This document shows, piece by piece, positions 12,561 to 23,550 of a DNA stretch of 64,000 bases (position 1 is the stretch's first letter; every line of letters begins with the position of its first letter). The stretch lies in NCBI RefSeq assembly GCF_004010195.1, contig NC_057718.1:4165775-4229774 (forward strand). The letters run 5' to 3'. This stretch comes from Chiloscyllium plagiosum. Taxonomy: Eukaryota. Under the pieces are notes generated by a model that was not told the DNA's origin, made no database searches, and saw only the letters and a list, made by a program, of their open reading frames with translations. The position numbers and the translations under genes were made by a program.

Positions 12561-13109
12561 TTAACTCTTCTCCCCTTCCTTCAATGATCTGAGGGATACC
12601 TCACTCTCGGGCAATGAAGTTGCTTCAATGCCCTCTGTTATTTTCTCACAGAGCAGGGCCACCTGTCATGTCTTTGTCTCTTTGACTGGAAGCTTGGTTT
12701 CTGATGCAGAGTGACTCCAACAGCATGGGCTCAATTCCCACCCTGGCTGATGTGATCATATAGGACTCTCCTTCTCAACCTCACTGTCACCTGAGGCGCA
12801 ATGACCCTCACTAGTGAAGAAAGAGCTGCCCTCTGGGACTTTAATGATGTTACCTTTTACCCTGACTGTATAAAGCACAGCTTTCCCCAGTGTAAACTCA
12901 CAAATTGCAGTTTTGGATTGCGCTGTATTTGGCTGAAGGACACTAACTGTAATATTGAAACCAGTTTTTGATGAGTCAGCACAAGGTTTGGATGTATAGC
13001 AGGGAAAGCACTGTGACTACATCACACTCACTGGGATTGAGTTATTTGCTAATGAACTATTTTCACTGTGACTTATTGTAAGTAGTTTGGCCACAGATAC
13101 ATGATATCT

Positions 13110-13275
13110 TAGGTCAATTGGCCATGCTAAATTGCCTGTAGTGTTAGGTGCAGGGGTAAATGTAGGGGAATGGGTCTGGGTGGGTGCGCTTCGGCAGGTT
13201 GGTGTGGACCTGTTGGACCGAAGGGCCTGTTTCCACACTGTAAGTAATCTAATCTAATCTATTCTAATCTAATCA
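13110..13275 (+). mobile_element. HE1 SINE 3' half
   Basis: GAAGGGCCTGTTTCCACACTGTAA plus TAATC tail; absent in paralogous blocks. Confidence 0.85.
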
Positions 13276-13409
13276 AGATACAGTTGGAGGCACTGGATGC
13301 TGCAATAGCTATGGGCCCTGACACCATAGTGTCCAGCTGTAGTACTGAACCCTTGTGCACCAGAACTTGCCGCACCTATAGCCAAGCTGTTCCAGTACAG
13401 TAACCCTGG

Positions 13410-13670
13410 CGTTGACAGTGATCACGTCTCGATTTCACCAATTTCCTCAAATCCCCTCCCCAAACCTTATCCCAGATCCAACTCCCCAACTCGGCACCGC
13501 CCTCTTGAACTGTCCTACCTGTTCATCTTCCTTCCCACCTTTCCGCTCCAACCTACCATCATCACCCCCCGACTCTCCTGCTCCTCAGATGCTGCCTGAC
13601 CAGCTGTGCTTTTCCAGCACCACACTTTTTGACCCAGATCTCCAGCATCTGCAGTCCTCACTTTCTCCTG
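13410..13670 (+). mobile_element. Penelope-like element 3' / pLTR fragment
   Basis: GATGCTGCCTGACCAGCTGTGCTTTTCCAGCA ... GCATCTGCAGTCCTCACTTTCTCC terminus shared with other copies in the window. Confidence 0.6.
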
Positions 13671-13794
13671 AAACTTGTCCACTATCTCCAAGCCATACAA
13701 CAGGAAAGCGATAGAATACTTCCCACTTGCCTGGATGGGTACAACAATACTCTAGATGTTTGATACCATCCATGAGAAAGCAGCCCACTTACAG

Positions 13795-14160
13795 TCATAG
13801 AGTTATACAGAATGGAAACAGACACTTCAGTCCAACCAGTCCATCCCGACAATAATTCCAATCTAAATTAGTCTCATCCCTCGGCACTTCAGCCATATAC
13901 CTCAAAACATTTCTTATCCATGTACTTATCCAAATGTCTTTTAAACATTGCAATTGTACCTGCATCTATCACTGCCACTGGAGGTTTATTCCACACATGA
14001 AGCACTCTCTGTGTAAAAACCAAGTTGTCCCTCATGTTTTTAAATCTTTCACTCCTCACCTTAACGATAAGCCTGATAGTCTTGAAACACCCCACTCTAC
14101 AGAAAAGAGACCTCTCATTCACCTTACCTATAACTCTCATTGTTTATAAACCTCTACAAG
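13795..14160 (-). mobile_element. CR1 LINE 3' fragment
   Basis: FTQRVLHVWNKPP...FKRHLDKYM; paralog at about 56370-56730. Confidence 0.8.
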
Positions 14161-14899
14161 GTCACCCATCGATCTCTCTCAATTATCACCACATCTAGAA
14201 GCATTCACTCCCTCAGCCACCCACACTCAGTAGCCGCAGTGTGTATTATCTACAAGATGCACTGCAGAACATCAACAAAAGTCCTCAGACATCACCTTCC
14301 AACCTCACGGCCACTTCCACCTAGAAGGTCAAGGACAGCAGATACATGGGAGCACCAACCCATCTGCCAATCACCATCCTGACTTGGAAGTACATTATGT
14401 ACGCTCAGTGTGACTGAGTCAAAATCCTGGAAATTCCCTCCCTAAGGGTATTGTGGGTCCACCTTCACCACATGGACTGCAGTGATTCAAGAAGGCAGCT
14501 CACTCCCAATTTCTCAATGGGGCAAAGGACAAACAATAAATGTTGGGTCAGCCAGTAACACCCACGTCCCAGAAATGAATGAACAGATTTCAGGATAATT
14601 ATTTGAATATTAATTTCATCTGTGGTTCGTTTTGAAGATTCTGGGAAGCTTAAAGGAGAATTATCTACAACTATCTTCAGGTAGAGCTGTGGTGTGGAGA
14701 TTTCTTGCTCAGTGGAGATTTTATTGATTAATTACTGCAAAGTAGATTCGATATTATAAAAGGGATTTAACTGTCCCCAAATACACTATTGCTTTAAATG
14801 ATTGTAATGCTGAATTCATTGTTTGAATAAAGATATTTAAGCAATTATTAGAAAGGTGTATTCTCACATTTTGCTCCTCATACACCCAACAATAAAATC

Positions 14900-15465
14900 A
14901 GAATGTGGGAGGCAACACTTCCACCAATCAGAATCCACGTTCAACCCAATTAGCAGTCTCCTTTCATACAGCATTAATGTTGCTTTCCCCTTGGGCTGCT
15001 ATTTCTGTGAAGGGTCCTGGTGGGAGAAAGTCAGAAATCTGTGACAAATCTCAGTCTTCATGGTTCCTGTAGGAGACAAGGTTACCTTGCGGGATAGTTC
15101 CTATCAGAGACACAGTTCATGTTAGGGATATGAATGGACACAGTGTGGACACCACTTTGCTGCTAGTACTGTGCTTGTAATGCAGAAACTATTCACTGTG
15201 GAGCTCAACATCACACCTCAGCAGCTCACTTGCATTCGGAGAGATGGAGAGAAACAGGAAGCATGGCCTCACTGCTGATCTGGAATGTGTCAATACATTT
15301 ACAGTAAATTCTTTCATTGTTGGCCAGCCCACTTCCTCCTTCCTCTTTCTGTGCTGTACTTTATGCACAAACCTCAAGACATTCCACATTACGGAGACCC
15401 TGAAACAGCAACATTACAACACAGTCTGAGATAGGTCAGCAATTGAAAAAATACATTTATTTGAA
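14900..15465 (+). promoter_or_regulatory. Putative promoter of gene B
   Basis: Non-repetitive sequence directly upstream of the leader ATG, conserved in the paralogous block at about 57480-57922; CCAAT motifs and ETS-type cores ACAGGAAGC (15254) and CACTTCCT (15330). Confidence 0.5.
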
Positions 15466-15517
15466 ATGTTTTTACAGAAATTGTTTGTCTTATTTCTAAT
15501 GCTCTCTGTCGCAGTGG
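15466..15517 (+). CDS. Gene B signal-peptide exon (MFLQKLFVLFLMLSVAV/G)
   Basis: ATG, 17 mostly hydrophobic codons plus 1 nt, perfect GTAAGT phase-1 donor, in frame with the V1 exon. Confidence 0.85.
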
Positions 15518-16099
15518 GTAAGTAAATGCTTGAAATTGTTTCCATAGAGTTCTATGTTGAGTTTCAATTTTGGATTGTGTGCTGGTGTTTGAGCTGGTAT
15601 TTTGTAATTCACAATTTCCTATTTAAGGTGAAATTGGGCTTTCTCACAGTGCAATGGGAACATATAGTGTGAGATGTGACACTGAACAATGCTGTCCAGT
15701 TGTCCCACTCCTGGGCTCCAGTGTCTGACATTTGAGAATCCCATGCCAGTTCTGCACAAAGTTTCTGATTGGAGCACTGAACTTTTAAAAATCACCAAAT
15801 TATGGCAAAGTAAATGAACCTTCAGTATCTATCCATCAAATAGACTCCTCAATACGTGATGTGACTCTGTGATACTTTTATGTGTTTCTACTTTCACTGA
15901 TACAGTGGGGGTAATGCCTTGGGGGAATGGATAGGAACTGGGGAATTGCCTTAATAATCCAAAAGAGATGATTGAGATGGAACTAGGATGTTCAACCAGT
16001 CAGTGTGCCCCTCCGCGAGTCGACAAACCAATAGGATGCAAACTTGAATTGCTCTCACCAGCAGTGCCTCAGAAGTCTGACATCATCCTGCCTGGCTCA

Positions 16100-16800
16100 T
16101 GATCCAGTGTGTTTACTGCAAGTCCCTCATATAACAACATATCTTTCCTGAGATAGAGGCTGAAACTGTTCATAATATTCCAAATGCAGTCTGACCAGTG
16201 CCTTATACAGCCTCAACACTACACCCCTGCTCTTGTATTCCAGCCCTCTTGAAATGAATGCCAACACTGCATTTGCCTTCCTAACTATAAACTGAACTTG
16301 CACATTAATCTTAAGGGAATCCTGAACTACGATTCCAAAATCACTTTAAGCTACAGATTTCTGAAGCCTTTCCCTTCTTAAAACGTAGTCTATGCATCTA
16401 TTCTTCCTACCAAAGTGCATAACCTCACTCTTTCCAACACTGTATTCGATCCACCACGTCTTCGCTCACCCTTTTAGCCTGTCCACATCAATCTGCAGCC
16501 TCCTCACTTCTTCAACACTACCTGTCCCACCATATAGCTTTGTGTCATCTGCAACCTTAGCAGCAGTGCCCTCAGTTGCAATGACCATATCAATAATGTA
16601 TAACATGAACATCTCTAGACCCCAGACTGACACTAATGGGACTCCATTAGTCACTGGTTAACATCCTTTACCTTTACTCTCTGCCTTCTGCCAGCCAGTC
16701 AATCCCACTCCATGCCAGTACCTTGCTCCTAACACTATGGGCTATGACATTATTTGGCAGCCTCTGGTGTTGCACCTTCTCAAAGACCTTGTCGAAATTA
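16100..16800 (-). mobile_element. CR1 LINE RT fragment
   Basis: AKVADDTKLYG...LQIDVDRL and FDKVFEKVQHQRL motifs. Confidence 0.8.
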
Positions 16801-18244
16801 AAGCAGATCATGCGGAGGTATGTGGGTCTTTGGTTGAGTATGGTGGGAGAGGGATAGGTCTCATTGGTGGGTCTGTACATTCCACTGTGAGGTTATTGGG
16901 TTCGACTGAGGGTACTGGATACTGGATATTTGTGATAGGAGACAGTGAAATGTGGATGAATTGAATTTTAGGGCTGTGGGAGCAAATGGTTTCAGGGGGT
17001 GGGGAGTTATTGAATGTTCCAGAAACAGGAGCTTGGACAATGGGTGGAGAGAGCTATGTGGATCAGGACCAGGATGGTATGGGAATGGGAACGAGTGTAG
17101 GCTCAAAGGGAAAGAGCAGAATCAGAGAATTATTACAGCACAGAAGGAGGCCATCCTGCCCATTGTGTCTGTACCAGCCTGTCAAACGATCATCGTTACC
17201 TCGTGCCAATCTCCTCTGTTTTCCCTGTATCCCTGCAGACCGTTTCAGTACAAATCAGCAACAAACCTCCTCTTCAAAGGCTCAGGTGAACCTACCTCCA
17301 TCACATTTCCAAGCCAGATCATATTTCCTTCATTTGCAGATCACTTTAAATCTATGCCCCTCTTGTTCTTGTTCCTTTTACAGGCAGAAACCCCTTCTCC
17401 CTATCTACTCTGCCCAGCCTGCTCATGATTTTAAAAATCTCAATCAGATTTCCTCTCAGCCGCCTCCTCTCCAGACAGAAAGTTCCCAACATCTTCAATC
17501 TCTCCTCATCGCTGAAGTTCCTCATCCCTTGAACCATTCTTGTAAATCACTTCCTGCACACTCCGAGGACACTGTCTGCTTTATTGACCTCACTCTCCGT
17601 CCATCTGTACAAGAGCAGGGAGCTGATGTGGAACTTATAGAAGACCCTTGTTCATTCCCAGCTGAAGTATTGTGTGCAGTTATAGGTCCCACACCACAGG
17701 AAGGTTGTGACTGCTTTGGAGAGTGAGTGTAAAAGTGATTTATGAAAATGGTTTGAGGGATGAGGAAATTCAGCGATGAGGACAGATTGAAGACGTTGGG
17801 GCTGTTCTCTCTGGAGAGAAGGTGGATAAGAGGAAATCTGATAAAAACCAAAGTTACTGTGGATGCTGGAAATCAGAAACAGAATTTGCTGGAAAAGCTC
17901 CACAGATCTGGCAGCATCTGTAGAGATGAGTTAAAGCTGATGTTTCAGCTCCAGTGACCTTTCCCCAGAAATTCTCATTTACAACTTTGAGCTCAATACT
18001 GAGTTCAACTCCTACAGATTGTGAACCCATTCCCTCCCTTTCCTTTGCTTGTCACATTCTCAGTCAGCATCCTCTCCCCCCTACTCCATCTCCATGGAGT
18101 TATGTTCTTCCTAAGTGTCCCCTTCCAGAAGAAAGTGTATCTGTCACTGTGTTCCTGGAGCTGACCTTCTCCTGCCCAGTGTCTCTCTCAGGGCAGGGAG
18201 CTCTGTGTCAGAGTGTGCACACTGTTGTGTTTGCACGTCGGTAA

Positions 18245-18775
18245 TGGTATGGACATTTGTGAATATGATACCAATCAAAGGGTTGCTTCAGCCTGGATGG
18301 TGACAAGCTTCTTGGGAGTTGTTGTCACTGCACCCATCCAGGCAAGTCATCCACCACACTCCTGATTGTGGGTTGCAGGTGGTGGACAATCTTTGAGGAG
18401 TCAGATCAGTTACTTACTGCAGGATACCTAGGCTCTGACCTGCTCTCGTAGCCCCTGTGTTTATATGATGAGTGCAGATACATTTCTGTGTCATTGATAA
18501 CTCCTCGATATTGATAGTGCGGGATTGTGTCATGGTGATACCTTTGAATGTTAAGGAACAACAATGAGATTGCCTCTTATTCGAGATGGGGCTCACTGCC
18601 TGTCAGTTTTACTTATCACACGTCAGCCCAAACCTGGATATTGTCCAAACCTTGCTGCATTTCAACATGGACTGCTTCAGTGTCAGAGGAGTCGCAAATG
18701 GTGCTGAACATTGTACAATCATTGGTGAACATTCCCATTTCTGACCTATTGATGGAGGAAAGGTCATTGATGTTT
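18245..18775 (-). mobile_element. Old CR1/L2-like LINE RT fragment
   Basis: Degenerate DDCTMF...QQGLDNIQVWA and HINTGATRAGQSLGIL peptides. Confidence 0.6.
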
Positions 18776-19885
18776 GCACCTTAGGGCTAGCGGGAGCTGC
18801 AGTGATCCTGGCTGAGCTCACCCTGCTCTTCGTTTGGAGATTCAGCCCATCCACGACAGGAAACCATTTACTATTCCCCATCCTCAACTCCACCCTGGCC
18901 CCGAAGTGGATCCTCCCAATTGTTGAAGCCCTTAAGCCCTCATCCCTGTGTCTCTCAGACGGTGCAATACACATGTAATGAGGTGGACTTGATTCAGGAG
19001 TTCAAGGTCAAGGAATCCCAAGGAACCAGTGACCATGATACGACAGAATTCACATGGCAGTTCGAGAAGGAGATGATTGAATCATGTGTAACAGGATTAC
19101 AATTGAGCAAAGGTTAATACAAAGATGTGAGTGAAGGGCTGGCCAGAGTTGATTGGAAGGGAGTTCAGAAGGGAAGATGGTGGAGCAGCAATAGCAGGGG
19201 TTTCTGGGGTAATTTGGGAGGCACAACAGGAATTCATCCCAAGGAAGAAGAAACATACTCAGCAGAGGATGAGGCAACCATAACTGACAGTAGCCTCATT
19301 ATGCCGTGGTCAAATGACCTTTGTTGTCTAGATCTTACCTTTCAAATCTCTAAAAAACCTATTGCAATCCTCTTTTCACTGCTAGATAGCGTGCTCACAT
19401 CTTTCACCTTCTCCACCTCGTTACTTTTTCAGTTATGCTCTGCTGGTCCTTAAAGATTTCCCAGTTCTCTTGTTTCCCACTCATCTTCACCATGTTGTCT
19501 GGTTTTAACTTTGCTTTTGTTCATCCCTGACTCCAGTCAGAACTTCAAGAGGATCCAGGGGCAGAGGTGAGTGTAGGAAATAGGGCTGGAGAAGCTGAAT
19601 GGTCTGAAAGTGAATAAATCACCCAGACCAGATGGAGTACAGTGCAAAGTTCTGAAGGAGATTTCAAAAAGATTTTAGAAAGACATGGGGGCAAGGCTTT
19701 AACACAGAGAGTGGTTCGGGCCTGGAATGCACTTCCAGAGGAAGTGGTGCATGTGGGGACTGTTACAACATTTACAAGATATTTATACAGGTGCATGAAT
19801 GAGAAAGGTTTGGAGGAATCTGAGTCAGGCACAGGCAGGTGGGACTGGTTCATTTTGGGATTTTGATTGGGATGGACTGGTTGGA

Positions 19886-19978
19886 GCTGAAAAGTGTTGC
19901 TGGAAAAACGCAGCGGATCAGGCAGCATCCAAGGAGCAGGAGAATCAAAGTTTCGGGCATGAGCCCTTCTTCAGGAAT
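19886..19978 (-). mobile_element. Short Penelope-like pLTR insertion with minimal hammerhead-like core; TGGTTGGA duplicated on both sides
   Basis: Minus strand reads CTGAAGAA-GGGC-TCAT-GCCC-GAAAC; duplicate at 26321-26414. Confidence 0.65.
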
Positions 19979-20462
19979 TGGTTGGACTTCATGGACTGGT
20001 TGGACCAAAGGGTGTGTTTCCAGCCTGTTTCACTCCATGAGATAGCTGAGGAGATTGTAGAGGAGATGGTGGTGATCTTTCAGGAATCACCCGAGTCAGG
20101 GAGGGTCCCAGAGGACTGGAAAATGGCTAATGGAACACCCTGCGATAATGTCAGTTGTGATCAAATGGTAGAGCAGATATGATGGACTGAATGGCCTAAT
20201 TCTGCTCCTCTATTTTATGGTCTCATTGTCCGAGTCCCACTGCGCATCCTAGATAACAAAATACTCTCTGAAGCTGTTGGTCGGCACAATGTAACACGAA
20301 AGAGCAAAGCTCAGATGTTGTCCAAAACAATTTGGTTTCTGATTAGTGGCTGGAATCCACAGCAACTGTTGATTATATCCAGGAGATTTTGTCATGGCTT
20401 CGTTTCCAGGTGATTATTTTGAAGTTTCTCATCTGTTCTGATCTGTTATTTTCTATTCACAG

Positions 20463-20813
20463 GTCAGGATAAATGGACAGTTCTTATCCAATCCCCTGAA
20501 GTAGTGACGGTGACTGAGGGTGGGACAGTGACATTTCGCTGTGATTTGCGGAGCGCTAATGTCGATTACACCGTGGACAAATATAATGTACACTGGCACC
20601 ATTCCCGAGACGGGCCGGTCATACTGAGTCATTATCAAAACGGCGGTGTTTCCCGATCGAGAGGATTCTCTGAGCGGTTTCAGCTTTCCAGAAATGTGAC
20701 CAGTAACAGCTTCATTCTGACCATCAGAGAGCTGCAGCTCAGTGACACCAATACCTACATCTGTCAGATTTGGGGGAAAGTCTTGGGGAAAGGGACCCGG
20801 CTGAATGTGACCA
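20463..20813 (+). CDS. Gene B V1: germline-joined VJ-type Ig domain exon (intact)
   Basis: ttctattcacAG ... A/GTAAGT, 351 nt, phase 1-1; TVTFRC, VHW, DTNTYIC and J-like LGKGTRLNVT. Confidence 0.92.
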
Positions 20814-21059
20814 GTAAGTTTTCTCTAATACAATATTGATTTGATTGCCAGTGATTTCACCATGAAAGCACCTTGTTTAAATGAACATTTTATAAACTTT
20901 ATAACAGGCCCAGGCCCTGGACTCTCAACCCCATCCACAGCCTCTTGGCCCCTCCCACGGGTTCTCAGTCCATTCCCTCCCAAACCCTGTCCCCAGCAGA
21001 AGCAGCACAGTCAGCTCATTGCCCTGATCATAGACAATTCCCCTGGCTCCTGCCAGTCA

Positions 21060-23550
21060 GTCAGGGAGTGACAGGGAGGGAGTGACAGAGAGGGAGCTAG
21101 TGACAGGGAGGGAGTGACAGAGAGGGAGTGACATACAGGGAGGGAGTGACAGAGAGGGAGCTAGTGACAGGGAGGGAGTGACAGAGAGGGAGCTAGTGAT
21201 TACACCGTGGACAGATACACCGTACACTGGCAACATTCCCGAGGCGGGCCGGTCATACTGAGTCATTATACGGATGGCAGTGTTTACCGATCGAAGCAGC
21301 GGTACTCTGAGCGGTTTCAGCTTTCCAGAAATGTGACCAGTAACAGCTTCATTCTGACCATCAGAGAGCTGCAGCTCAGTGACACCAATACCTACTTCTG
21401 TCAGATTTGGCGACAAGTCATTGGGAACGGGACCCGGCTGAATGTGACCAGTAAGCATTCTCTAATACAATATTGATTTGATTGCCAGTGATTTCACCAT
21501 GGAAGCATCCTGTTTAATTAACATTTTATAAACTTTATAACAGACCCAGGCCCCGAAATCTCAAACCCCCTCCACAAGCTCTTGGCCCCTCCCACGAGTT
21601 CCCAAACTCTGTCCCCAGCAGAAGCAGCAGTCAGCTCACTGCCCTGGATCACAGACCATTCCCCTGGCTCCTGCCAGTCGGTGAGGGAGTGACAGAGAGA
21701 GAATGACAGAGAGGGAGCGAGTGACAGAGTGAGTGACAAAGAGGGAGCGACAGAGAGGGAGGGAGTGACAGAGAGGGAGTGAGTGACAGGGAGGGCGTGA
21801 CAGAGAGGGAGTTACATAGACAGAGAGATAGAGAGGGAGTGACACAGAGGAAGCAGGTGACAGGGAGGGAGTGACAGGGAGGGAGTGACAGAGAGGGAGA
21901 GGCACAGAGGGAGGGAGTGACAGGGAGGGAGTGACAGGGAGCGAGTGACAGAGAGGGAGTGAGTGACAGGAAGCGAGTGACAGAGAGGGAGTGAGAAAGA
22001 GGGAAAAACAGGGAGGGTGCAAGTGATAGAGAGGGAGTGACAGAAAACGAATGACAGAGAGGGAGTGACAATTAGGGTGCAAGTGACAGAGAAGGAGCAA
22101 GTGAGAGAGAGGGTGTGAGTGATAGAGAGTGAGTGACAGAGAGGGAGCAAGTGATATAGAGGGAGTGACAGAGAGGGAGCGACTGAGAGATGGAGCGAAT
22201 GTCAGAGAGGNNNNNNNNNNNNNNNNNNNNNNNNNNNNNNNNNNNNNNNNNNNNNNNNNNNNNNNNNNNNNNNNNNNNNNNNNNNNNNNNNNNNNNNNNN
22301 NNNNNNNNNNNNNNNNNNNNNNNNNNNNNNNNNNNNNNNNNNNNNNNNNNNNNNNNNNNNNNNNNNNNNNNNNNNNNNNNNNNNNNNNNNNNNNNNNNNN
22401 NNNNNNNNNNNNNNNNNNNNNNNNNNNNNNNNNNNNNNNNNNNNNNNNNNNNNNNNNNNNNNNNNNNNNNNNNNNNNNNNNNNNNNNNNNNNNNNNNNNN
22501 NNNNNNNNNNNNNNNNNNNNNNNNNNNNNNNNNNNNNNNNNNNNNNNNNNNNNNNNNNNNNNNNNNNNNNNNNNNNNNNNNNNNNNNNNNNNNNNNNNNN
22601 NNNNNNNNNNNNNNNNNNNNNNNNNNNNNNNNNNNNNNNNNNNNNNNNNNNNNNNNNNNNNNNNNNNNNNNNNNNNNNNNNNNNNNNNNNNNNNNNNNNN
22701 NNNNNNNNNNNNNNNNNNNNNNNNNNNNNNNNNNNNNNNNNNNNNNNNNNNNNNNNNNNNNNNNNNNNNNNNNNNNNNNNNNNNNNNNNNNNNNNNNNNN
22801 NNNNNNNNNNNNNNNNNNNNNNNNNNNNNNNNNNNNNNNNNNNNNNNNNNNNNNNNNNNNNNNNNNNNNNNNNNNNNNNNNNNNNNNNNNNNNNNNNNNN
22901 NNNNNNNNNNNNNNNNNNNNNNNNNNNNNNNNNNNNNNNNNNNNNNNNNNNNNNNNNNNNNNNNNNNNNNNNNNNNNNNNNNNNNNNNNNNNAAGGAGTG
23001 ACAGAGAGGGAGTGATAGAAAGGGACTGACAGAGACGGAGTGATAGAGAGGGAGTGACAGAGAGAGAGTGATAGAGATGGACTGACGGAGAGGGAGCAAG
23101 TGGCAGACAGGGAGTGACAGAGACGGAGTGAGTGATAGAGAGGGAGTGATAGAGAGGGAGTGCCAGGGAGGTCGTGAATGACAGAAAGGGAGTGAGCGAG
23201 TGAGGCTGAGTGACAGTGAAAGAGGAAGGATGGGTGTACAGTGAGTGTGTGCGAGTGAGTGAGGATGAGTGTGTAAGGGTGAGTAATCATGACTGAGGAG
23301 CGATGGTGAGTGTGGAGTGAGAGTGAATAAGTATGAATGAGTGAGGGCGGGTGATGAGCAAGTGATGGTGAATGAGGGTCAGTAAGGATCAATGAGAGTG
23401 AATGAGGGAGAGTAAGTGATTCTGGGAAATGGGTGACTGAGCTTGAGTGAGGCACGAGTGATGTATGAGTCAGGGTGACTGAGGATTCAGTGAGGAATGT
23501 CAGAGTAATGAGTGAGGGCCACTGAGAGTGTGATGGTGAGTGAGGGTTAG
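21060..23550. repeat. GA-rich satellite (GAGTGACAGAGAGG)n at 21060-21197 and 21680-23550, including gap 22211-22992
   Basis: Tandem unit of about 14 bp read directly; duplicate at 27560-28790 with gap 27789-28497. Confidence 0.9.
21198..21450 (+). pseudogene. V2: 5'-truncated VJ exon fragment (no acceptor, no A/B strands or first Cys)
   Basis: Homology to V1 starts abruptly at GATTACACC next to the satellite; open through IGNGTRLNVT and a GTAAGC donor. Confidence 0.85.

Noticed and set aside
11344-12564. Long ORFs crossing N runs (also 21636-23566, 27535-28600, 53308-53964)
   Set aside because: Artefacts of assembly gaps and low-complexity flanks.
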